From Mycobacteriales bacterium (GTDB taxonomy: Bacteria; Actinomycetota; Actinomycetes; Mycobacteriales; QHCE01): a DNA stretch of 64,000 nucleotides. The position numbers and the translations under genes are program-made. Positions 45,843 to 54,574 of this stretch are shown here, in pieces. Positions within the stretch are counted from its first letter, which is position 1, and every line of letters starts with the position of its first letter. The DNA lies in contig JABFVL010000008.1 in NCBI GenBank assembly GCA_013362805.1, positions 18,465 to 82,464 of the forward strand, read 5' to 3'. The notes under the pieces are model-generated. The model was not told the DNA's origin, did no database searches, and was given only the letters and a program-made list of their open reading frames with translations.

Positions 45843-46544
45843 TCAGGCATCGCCGGCTTGACCCGCATCCGGGTCATACATCTCCTGGCAGAAAAGCAGA
45901 TACAGAGCGTTGGGATTGGGCAGCGGCTTGATTTCACGCAGCGCCTGGTCCTGACCAGCCGATTCGATAATGAACGTGCCGTAGTTGAGCGCCATTCCCA
46001 TCGGGCTTTGGACATAGGCCATATCGGTGACACGCGCGAGAGGCATCATGGCCACTCGGCGAGTGATGAGGCCACCAATAAGCATGACTCGCTTATCAGT
46101 AAGCACGAATCGCTCATGCCACCAGTCGAAAACCTGCCAACCGATGAGCAACAAAGCCAACACCCAGCCGACCAGAATCACGACAACCGCTGTTGGGTTG
46201 GTCTGACCGAGCACGCCGATCAAATAGCCCACAATAAATGGGGACAAAATGCCCAAAGTCGCCCAGAGTACGACGTGAATCCAGTGGCGTCGCCATTCAC
46301 CGACATATCGCTCAGACCCGAACAAGTATTTGGACACCACACCGCTGGGGCGAGGCTTACGCCGGGCCCGAGGCTTGGCTGGACTTGACTCGGTACGAGG
46401 AGGGGGTGGGACTTTGCTCTGCGGTGGCTTAGAACTACCTTCACCATCGAGCTCTTCAACGGGCACCGGCGAAATGCTCACCGAGGCCGACGTCAACTCG
46501 TCGCGCTGCAACTCACCCTTCGCGCCACTGCCGCCGAACGTCAC
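45843..46544 (-). CDS. membrane protein with bacterial PH (bPH_2/YdbS-like) domain
   Basis: Pro/Ser-rich N-terminus, two TM helices, then FVLTDKRVMLIGGLITRRVAMMPLARVTDM...GTFIIESAGQ. Confidence 0.7.
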   Translation of the reverse strand: MTFGGSGAKGELQRDELTSASVSISPVPVEELDGEGSSKPPQSKVPPPPRTESSPAKPRARRKPRPSGVVSKYLFGSERYVGEWRRHWIHVVLWATLGILSPFIVGYLIGVLGQTNPTAVVVILVGWVLALLLIGWQVFDWWHERFVLTDKRVMLIGGLITRRVAMMPLARVTDMAYVQSPMGMALNYGTFIIESAGQDQALREIKPLPNPNALYLLFCQEMYDPDAGQAGDA

Positions 46545-46602
46545 CTCGACCTCCTACCCACCAGCTGTTATTGAGGAATTACCCCATACAGACTAGCGCG
46601 CG

Positions 46603-46755
46603 TTAAGCCAGACCAGTGAAGAAGTCGCTGAAGCCGGTAGCTATTTCGCGTAGACCACGCCCGATGCCTTGAGTTACACCAACGGCATCATCGGGACGAG
46701 TCGCCACAAAGAAGACTAAAAAGGCCAAACTTGCCCAACTTAGGTACTTTTTCAT
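46603..46755 (-). CDS. small membrane protein
   Basis: MKKYLSWASLAFLVFFVAT..., about 50 aa, with a GGGAGG Shine-Dalgarno upstream of ATG 46755. Confidence 0.4.
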   Translation of the reverse strand: MKKYLSWASLAFLVFFVATRPDDAVGVTQGIGRGLREIATGFSDFFTGLA

Positions 46756-46946
46756 GTCAACCGTCGCCTCCCTGCCAGCTGACCCTGGCAATCATCACCA
46801 CTGAGCACGAAATCCGAGTGAACATTGCCTGTTTGTAGCTTGTGGACCCCACACCTATCGACAGTACGGGGCTCGGCCGTCACGCGGCAACGCACTTGAC
46901 GAAACTTCCCGAAAACCCATAACAACTACTGTTCGGTAGAAATGGT

Positions 46947-46979
46947 TCGCGTTCCATCATCGGCCACAATGGAACGCGA
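46947..46979 (-). terminator. hairpin downstream of the TrmH-family gene
   Basis: TCGCGTTCCAT-N11-ATGGAACGCGA has 11-bp perfect arms. Confidence 0.35.
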
Positions 46980-47062
46980 TCCCACCATAGCGCGCGGGGC
47001 CTAATCGCCGCTGACGCAGGACTCGACCACACCAATGGCCAGCTTGGACACTAAAAGCGCAG

Positions 47063-47683
47063 CTACAGGGCGTGTTGCCGCACCCAAGCGTGCATGGCGA
47101 TGCCCGAGGCAACGCCGGCATTGATCGAGCGCGTCGACCCAAATTGAGCGATAGAACACACCATGCTGGCGACCTCACGCGCCGCCTCGGACAAGCCTGG
47201 ACCTTCTTGCCCAAATAGCAAGACGCACTTCTCGGGCAGCACAGCGGTCTCCAAAGGCACGGACCCGGGCAAGTTGTCAATTCCGACGATCGGCAGCTCT
47301 TGCCCCTGCGCCCAACGCAAGAACTCGTCGACATCGGGGTGATGCCGCACATGCTGATAGCGATCGGTCACCATCGCGCCACGACGATTCCAACGTCGCT
47401 TGCCGACGATATGAACTTCTTTGGCTAGAAACGCATTCGCATTTCGCACGACGGTTCCGATATTGAAATCGTGCTGCCAATTTTCGATAGCGACATGAAA
47501 TTCGTGACGGCGTGTATCCAGATCGGCAATTATCGCTTCGCGTGACCAATAACGATATTGGTCTACCACATTGCGCTTGTCCCCATTTTTGAGCAATTCT
47601 GGGTCATATCGTGTGTCGTGGGGCAATGGGCCAGGCCAGGGGCCTACTCCTATGTCACATTCATCGTGGCTATCGGAAAACAC
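47063..47683 (-). CDS. TrmH/SpoU-family RNA 2'-O-methyltransferase
   Basis: FNIGTVVRNANAF...LLFGQEGPGLS...IAQFGSTRSINAGVASGIAMH are SPOUT-class motifs. Confidence 0.8.
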   Translation of the reverse strand: MFSDSHDECDIGVGPWPGPLPHDTRYDPELLKNGDKRNVVDQYRYWSREAIIADLDTRRHEFHVAIENWQHDFNIGTVVRNANAFLAKEVHIVGKRRWNRRGAMVTDRYQHVRHHPDVDEFLRWAQGQELPIVGIDNLPGSVPLETAVLPEKCVLLFGQEGPGLSEAAREVASMVCSIAQFGSTRSINAGVASGIAMHAWVRQHAL

Positions 47684-47759
47684 TGTTCAACCAAACGGTA
47701 AACTCTTGCGTTGCGCTTGTTTCCGTTTTTTATACGAATCAAGCAGGCAAGAAGGGCAG

Positions 47760-48563
47760 ATGATGGATCGACGGCGATTCCTCGCTATGGGAAGCGCCGC
47801 CGCTGCGGTCACCGCGGTGGGCGGCGCAATTGGTATTGAAGAATACCGGCTTGCCCAATCTCGCCATTCGGGGTGGGCGGTAGGTAAAGGACGGCCCGCG
47901 GGGCTTGGCGCCATGAACATTGTCTGGCGCGCTCAAACCACCCAGATGATCGCCGCGCTCACCTTTGATGACGGTCCCGATCCGCGCTACACACCCAAGA
48001 CTCTCGACATTCTCGATAAATACAACATTCCGGGCACCTTCTTCTTGCAAGGTAAGCACGTGAGCACCCAGCCCGAACTCGCCAAAAATATCGACGCCAG
48101 GCATGCGCTAGGAAATCACAGCTGGAGCCACGCTGACCTGTCCAACGCCACCGCCGACCAGGCCCGAGACGAGCTCACCCGCACCCGAGACATCATCCAA
48201 GACGTGACCGGGCGCGTTCCCGTCGTCTTTCGACCGCCATATGGCCGCTTCTCCGGCGCGCTCACCATGATCGCAGCAGGTATGAACTACGACATGATCT
48301 TGTGGTCTGACAATGCGGATCCTCGCGAACCATGGCGAGACATCGCGAACAAACTCGGGCGGCGGGTACGGGCAGGCTCCATCGTGCTCGCACACGACGG
48401 TGGCACGCTCCCCAATGATTCAGTGCTGAAGGCACTCCCCATCGTCATAGAACAAGCCCACGACCGGGGCATCGAATTCGTCACCGTGCCTCAGCTCCTA
48501 AGCGCGATGCGATCCGACCAAGCGGGTGGGAACCTCGACACTACTCAACCCGAAGAGGCTTAA
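47760..48563 (+). CDS. polysaccharide deacetylase (CE4) with Tat-type signal
   Basis: MMDRRRFLAMGSAAAA signal, with LTFDDGP, GNHSWSH and PPYG motifs. The start is set at ATG 47760. Confidence 0.85.
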   Translation: MMDRRRFLAMGSAAAAVTAVGGAIGIEEYRLAQSRHSGWAVGKGRPAGLGAMNIVWRAQTTQMIAALTFDDGPDPRYTPKTLDILDKYNIPGTFFLQGKHVSTQPELAKNIDARHALGNHSWSHADLSNATADQARDELTRTRDIIQDVTGRVPVVFRPPYGRFSGALTMIAAGMNYDMILWSDNADPREPWRDIANKLGRRVRAGSIVLAHDGGTLPNDSVLKALPIVIEQAHDRGIEFVTVPQLLSAMRSDQAGGNLDTTQPEEA

Positions 48564-48699
48564 GCTGGTTAAAGCATCGGAATCCGACCCTGCTTAGTCC
48601 AATGTGCTCAAACTTTTTACACATCGCGAGATTGACAGCACCTACCGTGCGTGCTGTGCTGGACAGTGCGTTCATGCATTAGTCATTTAAGGGGGAAGT

Positions 48700-49311
48700 T
48701 TGTTAGCGGCCGAGCAGCCCCCGCGCGCTTACAAGCACCATCTCGCTCACGTTCAGCTTTTACGCGCCACCGCACCAGTAAGCAGTGCGGCAATGGTGCC
48801 GCTGCGCACTACGCTCACTCCGTTAGCCGAACTCGCCGCCCGAGCCGTGGGCTTCGTTTGGCAACTCACCGGAGCCAAAGGCGCGGCCGCGGCTGGGGAA
48901 CTCACTGGCGACCCTCGACTACTCATGGACTTGTCCTGTTGGCACACCCACACTGACCTATGGAGTTTCATCCACTCAGTGCCCTACATCGAGGCATCTC
49001 GACACTGCCGCAAATGGACAACCCGCATTCCCGACGCCCATTTAGCGCTGTGGTGGGTGCCCGAAGGCCACCGGCCCAGCCCCAAAGAAGCCTTCGACCG
49101 GCTCACACTGCTCAGACTCATTGGGCCAACACCAGAAGCATTCACGCTTAAACAGATGTTCCCGCCCCCGGCCGCGAACCGGGAATCGCGCCGGGTGGTG
49201 CCGCCTGACCGGGACAGAGCGGTTCTGCGGGAACCCTCGGTTGAGCTTGAAGCCGGCCACCACCGGCTTCAAGCTCAACCCACGGGCGCTTGGTGGCCGC
49301 ACGCTAGTTAA
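48700..49311 (+). CDS. DUF3291-like protein with unusual C-terminal tail
   Basis: HHLAHVQLLRA...VGFVWQL...DLSCWHTHTDLWSFI...LALWWVPEGHRPSPKEAFDRL fits the DUF3291 pattern. The last 45 codons or so run through a perfect hairpin and may not be translated in reality. Confidence 0.6.
   Translation: MLAAEQPPRAYKHHLAHVQLLRATAPVSSAAMVPLRTTLTPLAELAARAVGFVWQLTGAKGAAAAGELTGDPRLLMDLSCWHTHTDLWSFIHSVPYIEASRHCRKWTTRIPDAHLALWWVPEGHRPSPKEAFDRLTLLRLIGPTPEAFTLKQMFPPPAANRESRRVVPPDRDRAVLREPSVELEAGHHRLQAQPTGAWWPHAS
49239..49280. repeat. perfect 18-bp inverted repeat (hairpin)
   Basis: GGTTGAGCTTGAAGCCGG-ccacca-CCGGCTTCAAGCTCAACC lies 28 nt downstream of the SDR stop on the minus strand. No U-tract. Confidence 0.6.
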
Positions 49312-50141
49312 AACGCGGCCACACCCGCGCTCAACATTGAACCGGCGGGTGCGGCAACACTGTTGCCTCCGTCCACAACCAACACCTGGCCGGTGACATA
49401 AGACGCGGCCGGAGTGGCCAGGAAAGCAATCAACGCGGCGACCTCATCTGGCGTGCCGGGCCGAGCCATCGGAGTCGCCAAACCGTGCGTGAGCTCGGCC
49501 GGCGTGGATGAACCTGTGTGAATCCAACCTGGGGCTACCGCATTACAGGTGACGCCATCGGCAACAACTTCCATCGCCAGAGCTCGGGTCAAGCCCACAA
49601 CGCCGGCCTTAGCGGCCGCGTAACCAGCCTCGGCTGGAATCGCGTTGATTGGGCCCGCCGTCGCGGCCACATTGATAACACGCCCCCAAGCCCGCTCCTG
49701 CATTCCTGTTATGAAAGCCCGCGAGACCAAAAAGGCGGAGGTCAAGTTGCGATTGATCTCAGCTGACCAATCGTCATCAGACATGTGAGCAACGGGACGG
49801 AGCACCTCTGGACTGGCCACACTCGACCGACCAGCATTGTTCACCAACACATCCACATCGCCCAGAGCATCTCGCACCGCATCAGCCAATGCCTCAACCT
49901 CTGCGGGCGCCGTTAGATCGGCGACGAAGCCGGTCACGCCCAATTCTCGAGCCCGGTCGTGGATACGCTTTGTTGTGGAGACTATGCCGACCCTGGCTCC
50001 CAAATTGGCCAACCGGCGTGCCGTAGCGAATCCAATGCCGTCAACACGGCCCGCTCCAGTCACCAAGGCCACTCGATTGTGCAGATATCCACTGCGCGTG
50101 AGCTCTTGTGCCGTAGGTGCGTGTGCTCCATCCGATGTCAT
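49308..50141 (-). CDS. short-chain dehydrogenase/reductase (FabG-like)
   Basis: ALVTGAGRVDGIG, NNAG and YAAAKAG motifs. The start is set at MTSDG (50141). Confidence 0.85.
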   Translation of the reverse strand: MTSDGAHAPTAQELTRSGYLHNRVALVTGAGRVDGIGFATARRLANLGARVGIVSTTKRIHDRARELGVTGFVADLTAPAEVEALADAVRDALGDVDVLVNNAGRSSVASPEVLRPVAHMSDDDWSAEINRNLTSAFLVSRAFITGMQERAWGRVINVAATAGPINAIPAEAGYAAAKAGVVGLTRALAMEVVADGVTCNAVAPGWIHTGSSTPAELTHGLATPMARPGTPDEVAALIAFLATPAASYVTGQVLVVDGGNSVAAPAGSMLSAGVAAF

Positions 50142-50299
50142 ACCGTGAATTGTTCCAGCAGCAACCAAATAGTGGAACCCAATAAGCGCCGTGGTGCCCC
50201 CAAGAGAATGAGCTATACACCACCCGAACACATCGAAGTATTGAGAAAGCTTCGTTGTAGCCGATATTTCGCCACAACGAAAAGCACCCGCTCTAGTCT

Positions 50300-50869
50300 G
50301 TGAAGATGACCTCCCCGGATCCAGCGCCCCGCTATGAGCCAGAGCCAGCGTCTGCCGCTAAAGACACCGCGATAGACCCATTAGCGGACCATCACAGCAC
50401 CACCAAATTGCCAGCGCCGTATATAGGACCACCGTCCCAGACCTATATGGGGCCGCCAGCGGAGACCTATTATCAAGCGCCTCCGCCCTACCAAGGCCCC
50501 CCTCCAGCCTCTTATCCCGGACCAACTGGTTACCCGGCATTCACTCATGCCCCGCCGCCACCATATCCGTACTACTCCCCCACGCCTTTCGTTCACAGTC
50601 GGCCAACAAATGGTCTGGCTATCGCGGCAATGGTCACCTCCATTATTTGCCTGGTAACTCTGACGTTTTGCCTGCCAATCGGGGTGGTTGGCGCGATCAT
50701 GGGTCACATCGCGCGCGGTCAAATACGGCGCAGCAATGAGGATGGCGAGGGGTTCGCGCTAGCGGGTGTGATTATTGGCTGGCTCGGCCTCGCGCTGTTC
50801 GTCCTCGCGATTCTTTTGTTCGCCGCGCCATTTTTGCTGCTGCTTGGATTGATCGGGGCCAGCGGCTAA
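50300..50869 (+). CDS. DUF4190-like membrane protein with Pro/Tyr-rich N-terminus
   Basis: PY-rich low-complexity N-terminal half, then NGLAIAAMVTSII...GHIARGQIRRSNEDGEGFALAGVIIGW. Confidence 0.65.
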   Translation: MKMTSPDPAPRYEPEPASAAKDTAIDPLADHHSTTKLPAPYIGPPSQTYMGPPAETYYQAPPPYQGPPPASYPGPTGYPAFTHAPPPPYPYYSPTPFVHSRPTNGLAIAAMVTSIICLVTLTFCLPIGVVGAIMGHIARGQIRRSNEDGEGFALAGVIIGWLGLALFVLAILLFAAPFLLLLGLIGASG

Positions 50870-50889
50870 GCGCGCACTAAGGTGAACCC

Positions 50890-51264
50890 ATGGACGCGCT
50901 GCTACTTGCCGAAGCCATGAAAAAAGCTTCCATCATCTGGGTTCAAACACCGGGGAATGCGGCCCAACTTTTGTGGACCGTATGGATCGACGGCGCGGCA
51001 TATGTCGTTCACGGCAGTGGCGAACAAGACGCACCCGAGTTGCCCGACGGGGGCGTCTGCGATGTTGTGGTGCGCTCGGCCGATAACCACGCGCAGATAC
51101 TTCGCTGGCCAGCGCGCATAAACACGGTGAGTCCGGGCACGGAGCAATGGCAAACAGTGGTGCCCACCCTTCTCAGCAAAAGGCTCAACCTCACCGACTC
51201 GGACACTGCCGAGGAGCGTTGGGCCACTAACGCCCGAGTCTCTGCGCTCACGCCACAACAGTGA
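50890..51264 (+). CDS. hypothetical protein
   Basis: 124-aa ORF with GC-rich third positions. No motif recognised. Confidence 0.45.
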   Translation: MDALLLAEAMKKASIIWVQTPGNAAQLLWTVWIDGAAYVVHGSGEQDAPELPDGGVCDVVVRSADNHAQILRWPARINTVSPGTEQWQTVVPTLLSKRLNLTDSDTAEERWATNARVSALTPQQ

Positions 51265-51299
51265 TGATCGCTCTCACGCGATAGAAGTTCACTATCCGC

Positions 51300-51450
51300 C
51301 GCCTTAGGAACACCCTCGGGTGATAGCGTGCAAGGCGCCAGTTCGTTGAACTGGCAAAACGCAGCGTGTAGCGAAGTCCGGTGTGAGTCCGGCGCTGTCC
51401 CGCAACTGTTATTCCCCTTTTGGGGTAAGCCAGGTCGCCTGGCGCTGTGT
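51300..51450 (+). promoter_or_regulatory. cobalamin (B12) riboswitch
   Basis: GCGAAGTCCGGTGTGAGTCCGGCGCTGTCCCGCAACTGT matches the conserved core, and a B12-box-like GTAAGCCAGGTCGCCTGGCG follows. It lies directly upstream of a BtuF-like binding-protein gene. Boundaries are approximate. Confidence 0.8.
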
Positions 51451-51550
51451 TGACGATATCGACCCTCGTGGGAAGGGCGATCCGTCGCCGGGCGTCATGT
51501 GGTGCCTGGAGGTGGGTACGAACCTTCTCCGGCATCCGAAAGGCGCACAC

Positions 51551-52468
51551 ATGCGTTTGCCGCTCGCAATGAAAGTTCCCGCTTTAGTTGTCACCGCCGC
51601 GCTTAGCGCAGCGCTACTCGGCGCATGCGGAGATTCCACTACTGAAGAAAACAGCAAGAGCAAAACGGTTTCCGTTGAAGCCGCCAACGGCACAGTCGCG
51701 ATCGCGGCTCCTGCGAAGAAAATCGTGTCGCTGTCACCCACGGCGACGGAAATGCTTTTCGCTATTGGAGCTGGCGATCAGGTAGTTGCCGCGGACGCCT
51801 TGTCAAACTTTCCCAGCGATGCACCTAAAACGGATATGCAGGGCATGACGCCTAATGTCGATGCCATCTTGAATTACGAACCAGACCTAGTAGTGCTCTC
51901 TTTTGACCCTGGCACGATTGAAAGCCAGCTTAAGAAAGCTAAAGTGCCAGTTCTCGTTGAAGCACCCGCCACGTCCCTTGCCGATTCTTACGATCAAATT
52001 CAAGACCTGGGGATAGCCACCGGCAAAAAAGAAGAAGCCTCGGATGTCGTTCAGAAAATGACTGAAGACATTGATGCGGCGGTAAAAAGCGCTGGAGAAT
52101 TAACTGAACGTAGCTATTATCACGAGTCAGATGCCACTTACTATTCCGCTACGTCAAAAACATTCGTTGGCGAAATTTACAGCAAATTCAAGCTGAAGAA
52201 TATCGCTGATGAAGCGGATACGGCGGGCACAGGCTACCCACAGCTTTCAGCCGAACACATTGTCAATAAAGCACCAGACTTTATCTTTCTCGCTGACACC
52301 GCGAGCGGCGGCCAAACCGCGCAAACTGTGGCGGCACGACCGGGCTGGAACACCATACCCGCAGTTCAGAACGGCAAGGTCGTTGAACTGAACGAGGATA
52401 TTTCATCTCGCTGGGGACCACGAACCGTGGAGTTCGCGGTAAGTGTGTCCACCGCGTTAAAGGGCTAA
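51551..52468 (+). CDS. ABC transporter substrate-binding lipoprotein (BtuF/siderophore-type)
   Basis: The start is set at MRLPLAMKVPALVVTAALSAALLGAC (lipobox) because the track start at 51383 lies inside the riboswitch. Contains KIVSLSPTATEMLFAIGAGDQVV, typical of the BtuF/FhuD fold. Confidence 0.85.
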   Translation: MRLPLAMKVPALVVTAALSAALLGACGDSTTEENSKSKTVSVEAANGTVAIAAPAKKIVSLSPTATEMLFAIGAGDQVVAADALSNFPSDAPKTDMQGMTPNVDAILNYEPDLVVLSFDPGTIESQLKKAKVPVLVEAPATSLADSYDQIQDLGIATGKKEEASDVVQKMTEDIDAAVKSAGELTERSYYHESDATYYSATSKTFVGEIYSKFKLKNIADEADTAGTGYPQLSAEHIVNKAPDFIFLADTASGGQTAQTVAARPGWNTIPAVQNGKVVELNEDISSRWGPRTVEFAVSVSTALKG

Positions 52469-52516
52469 CGGGATCAAACGTTAATCATCCTAAGGAACAG
52501 CGAAAGAACGCGCGAA

Positions 52517-53584
52517 TTGAAAGCGGACATTACAGAAGTAGAGCCCTCTCGGCTGCGAGGGCGCTGGATTTTCAGCGCCCTCGCAGTGCTGGCGGTTTCC
52601 GTTATCGCGGGTCTATTTATCGGCACGGTCGATTTACCAACGCTAGAAGTAGGGCGCGCCATCATCGACCGCATTCCCGGCGTCCGACTTCTTTCTGGGC
52701 TCACAATTACCCAAGAAGCGCTTTTCTTTGACATTCGCCTACCGCGAGTAGTGCTTGCTGGTCTAGTCGGTGGAGCATTAGCGCTTTCTGGCGCCGCCTA
52801 TCAAGGGGTCTTTCGTAACCCACTCGTCGACCCTTACCTACTGGGCACGGCAGCTGGCGCCGGGCTCGGCGCGACTCTGGCGATCGCATATTTGCCCGCC
52901 ACCTCAATATCGGTCATTGGACTCGACATTGGGCTGCTGCCGATTGCCGCTTTCGCCGGCGCCTTGATCGCTGTGATGATGGCCTATGGGCTCGGCGCGT
53001 CCACCGGAGTTCGCTCATCGGCGACACTCATGCTGGCCGGAGTGTCAGTGACCGCGTTCTTGACCGCGGTACAAACCTTTATTCAACAACGTGAAACCGA
53101 AACGCTACAGCGGGTTTATTCGTGGATTTTAGGCGCATTGGGTACGGCGGATTGGAGTTCGGTTGGCTCGGTGGCCCCCTATGTGGCCGTGAGCTCTGGG
53201 GTGATTTTGGCCCACGGCCGACTGCTGGACGTGCTGTCAGTGGGTGACGATGAAGCGACCAGCCTAGGTGTGCGCGCTAGTCGGGTTCGGCTCACCGTGG
53301 CACTTGCCGCTTCCCTCGCCGCAGCCGCGGCAGTAGCGGCCGCCGGGCTCATTGGCTTCGTCGGTTTGGTGGTGCCACATATGGTGCGTCGACTTACCGC
53401 CGGGAGTTATCGCGTTGTCCTGCCGCTATCGCTCATTGGTGGGGCCGCGTTCATGATCTTGGCCGACTTGTTGGCACGCACAGTACTGGCGCCCGCCGAG
53501 CTGCCGATTGGCGTAGTGACCGCATTTATCGGAGCGCCGTTCTTCGCCGGATTGCTGCGCCGAAGTCGTAGGAGCGCCGTGTGA
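52517..53584 (+). CDS. FecCD-family ABC permease (BtuC-like)
   Basis: 355 aa, about 10 TM helices, with LAGVSVTAFLTAVQTF and PIGVVTAFIGAPFF motifs. Confidence 0.85.
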   Translation: MKADITEVEPSRLRGRWIFSALAVLAVSVIAGLFIGTVDLPTLEVGRAIIDRIPGVRLLSGLTITQEALFFDIRLPRVVLAGLVGGALALSGAAYQGVFRNPLVDPYLLGTAAGAGLGATLAIAYLPATSISVIGLDIGLLPIAAFAGALIAVMMAYGLGASTGVRSSATLMLAGVSVTAFLTAVQTFIQQRETETLQRVYSWILGALGTADWSSVGSVAPYVAVSSGVILAHGRLLDVLSVGDDEATSLGVRASRVRLTVALAASLAAAAAVAAAGLIGFVGLVVPHMVRRLTAGSYRVVLPLSLIGGAAFMILADLLARTVLAPAELPIGVVTAFIGAPFFAGLLRRSRRSAV

Positions 53585-54348
53585 TTCACGCAGAAAAAAT
53601 TAGCGTTTCCCTCCATGGCACCCCCATCGTGCACGGTGCCTCGATGACCGCCGAAAGCGGCCAATGGCTCGCCATTATCGGCCCAAATGGCGCGGGCAAA
53701 TCCACGTTTCTGCGTGCCTTGGCTGGCACGGTCAAATTCTCCGGCAGCCTCACCGTGTCCGGACAGGATATCCAAGCACTTCATCCACGTGAACGCGCGA
53801 AACTTATCGCCTATGCTCCACAAACTCCGATCCTGCCCGATGACATGGCCGTCATGGACTATCTGCTGCTCGGCCGCACGCCGCACTTGGGCTACCTCGG
53901 ACAAGAAAGCGCGGCCGACCGCCGTATAGCCGCGGAAGTGGCCGCGCGCCTGGATCTATCCACCTTGCTGCGTCGGCCAGTCGGTTCCTTGTCAGGTGGT
54001 GAACGACAACGGGCCATTTTGGCGCGGGCACTGACCCAACAAGCCGGGGTATTGCTGCTGGATGAGCCGACAACCGCCCTAGACCTTGGCCACCAGCAGC
54101 AAGTGCTCGAGCTTGTCGATGAGTTACGCCAAGAAAGAGGGCTCACCGTGGTGAGCACGTTGCATGACCTCACGCTGGCTGGGCAATACGCCCACCAGCT
54201 GGCGCTGCTGGTCGATGGACGAATCGTGACCGTTGGCGACCCAGCCGAAGTGCTGACAGCCCAAACCATCGCGGAGCACTATGCGGCCACCGTGCATGTC
54301 TCCACCGGTCAAGATGGACGGCCACTTATTGCGCTGCGACGCCCATAA
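53581..54348 (+). CDS. ABC transporter ATP-binding protein (BtuD/FepC-like)
   Basis: GPNGAGKST, LSGGERQR and LLLDEPT motifs. The start overlaps the permease stop. Confidence 0.9.
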   Translation: MIHAEKISVSLHGTPIVHGASMTAESGQWLAIIGPNGAGKSTFLRALAGTVKFSGSLTVSGQDIQALHPRERAKLIAYAPQTPILPDDMAVMDYLLLGRTPHLGYLGQESAADRRIAAEVAARLDLSTLLRRPVGSLSGGERQRAILARALTQQAGVLLLDEPTTALDLGHQQQVLELVDELRQERGLTVVSTLHDLTLAGQYAHQLALLVDGRIVTVGDPAEVLTAQTIAEHYAATVHVSTGQDGRPLIALRRP

Positions 54349-54574
54349 CCGCAGTTCACAAGGCCCATCAGACCCAAAAACCTCAGCGAGCGCGGCGCCA
54401 CTAAGCTAAATGAGTATTGGACGTGATCTTCGAAGCAAGGGGGTGGACTGCCATGAGCAGTGAACCTCCTAGTACCAGCTTCTAGATCGCGCTTTCGGAA
54501 GCTGGCGGGCATACGTCGGCGCCGAGGCCGGTCACGGGTTCTCACACATTCTCGTACCGGAAAGCTTTATTTCA

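Noticed and set aside
50300-50600. Pro/Tyr-rich repetitive coding stretch as a possible nucleotide tandem repeat
   Set aside because: The repetition is at the amino-acid composition level (PPY-type low complexity ahead of a DUF4190 domain). It is not a regular DNA repeat.
51383-51550. Upstream start of the substrate-binding protein ORF
   Set aside because: It would translate through the cobalamin riboswitch aptamer. A lipoprotein signal sequence begins at 51551.
54349-54574. M-box (Mg2+) riboswitch upstream of corA
   Set aside because: I could not find the conserved M-box segments I remember (for example GGTGAGGCTCC or GCTAAAGCTC). The spacer is also shorter than a typical M-box leader.
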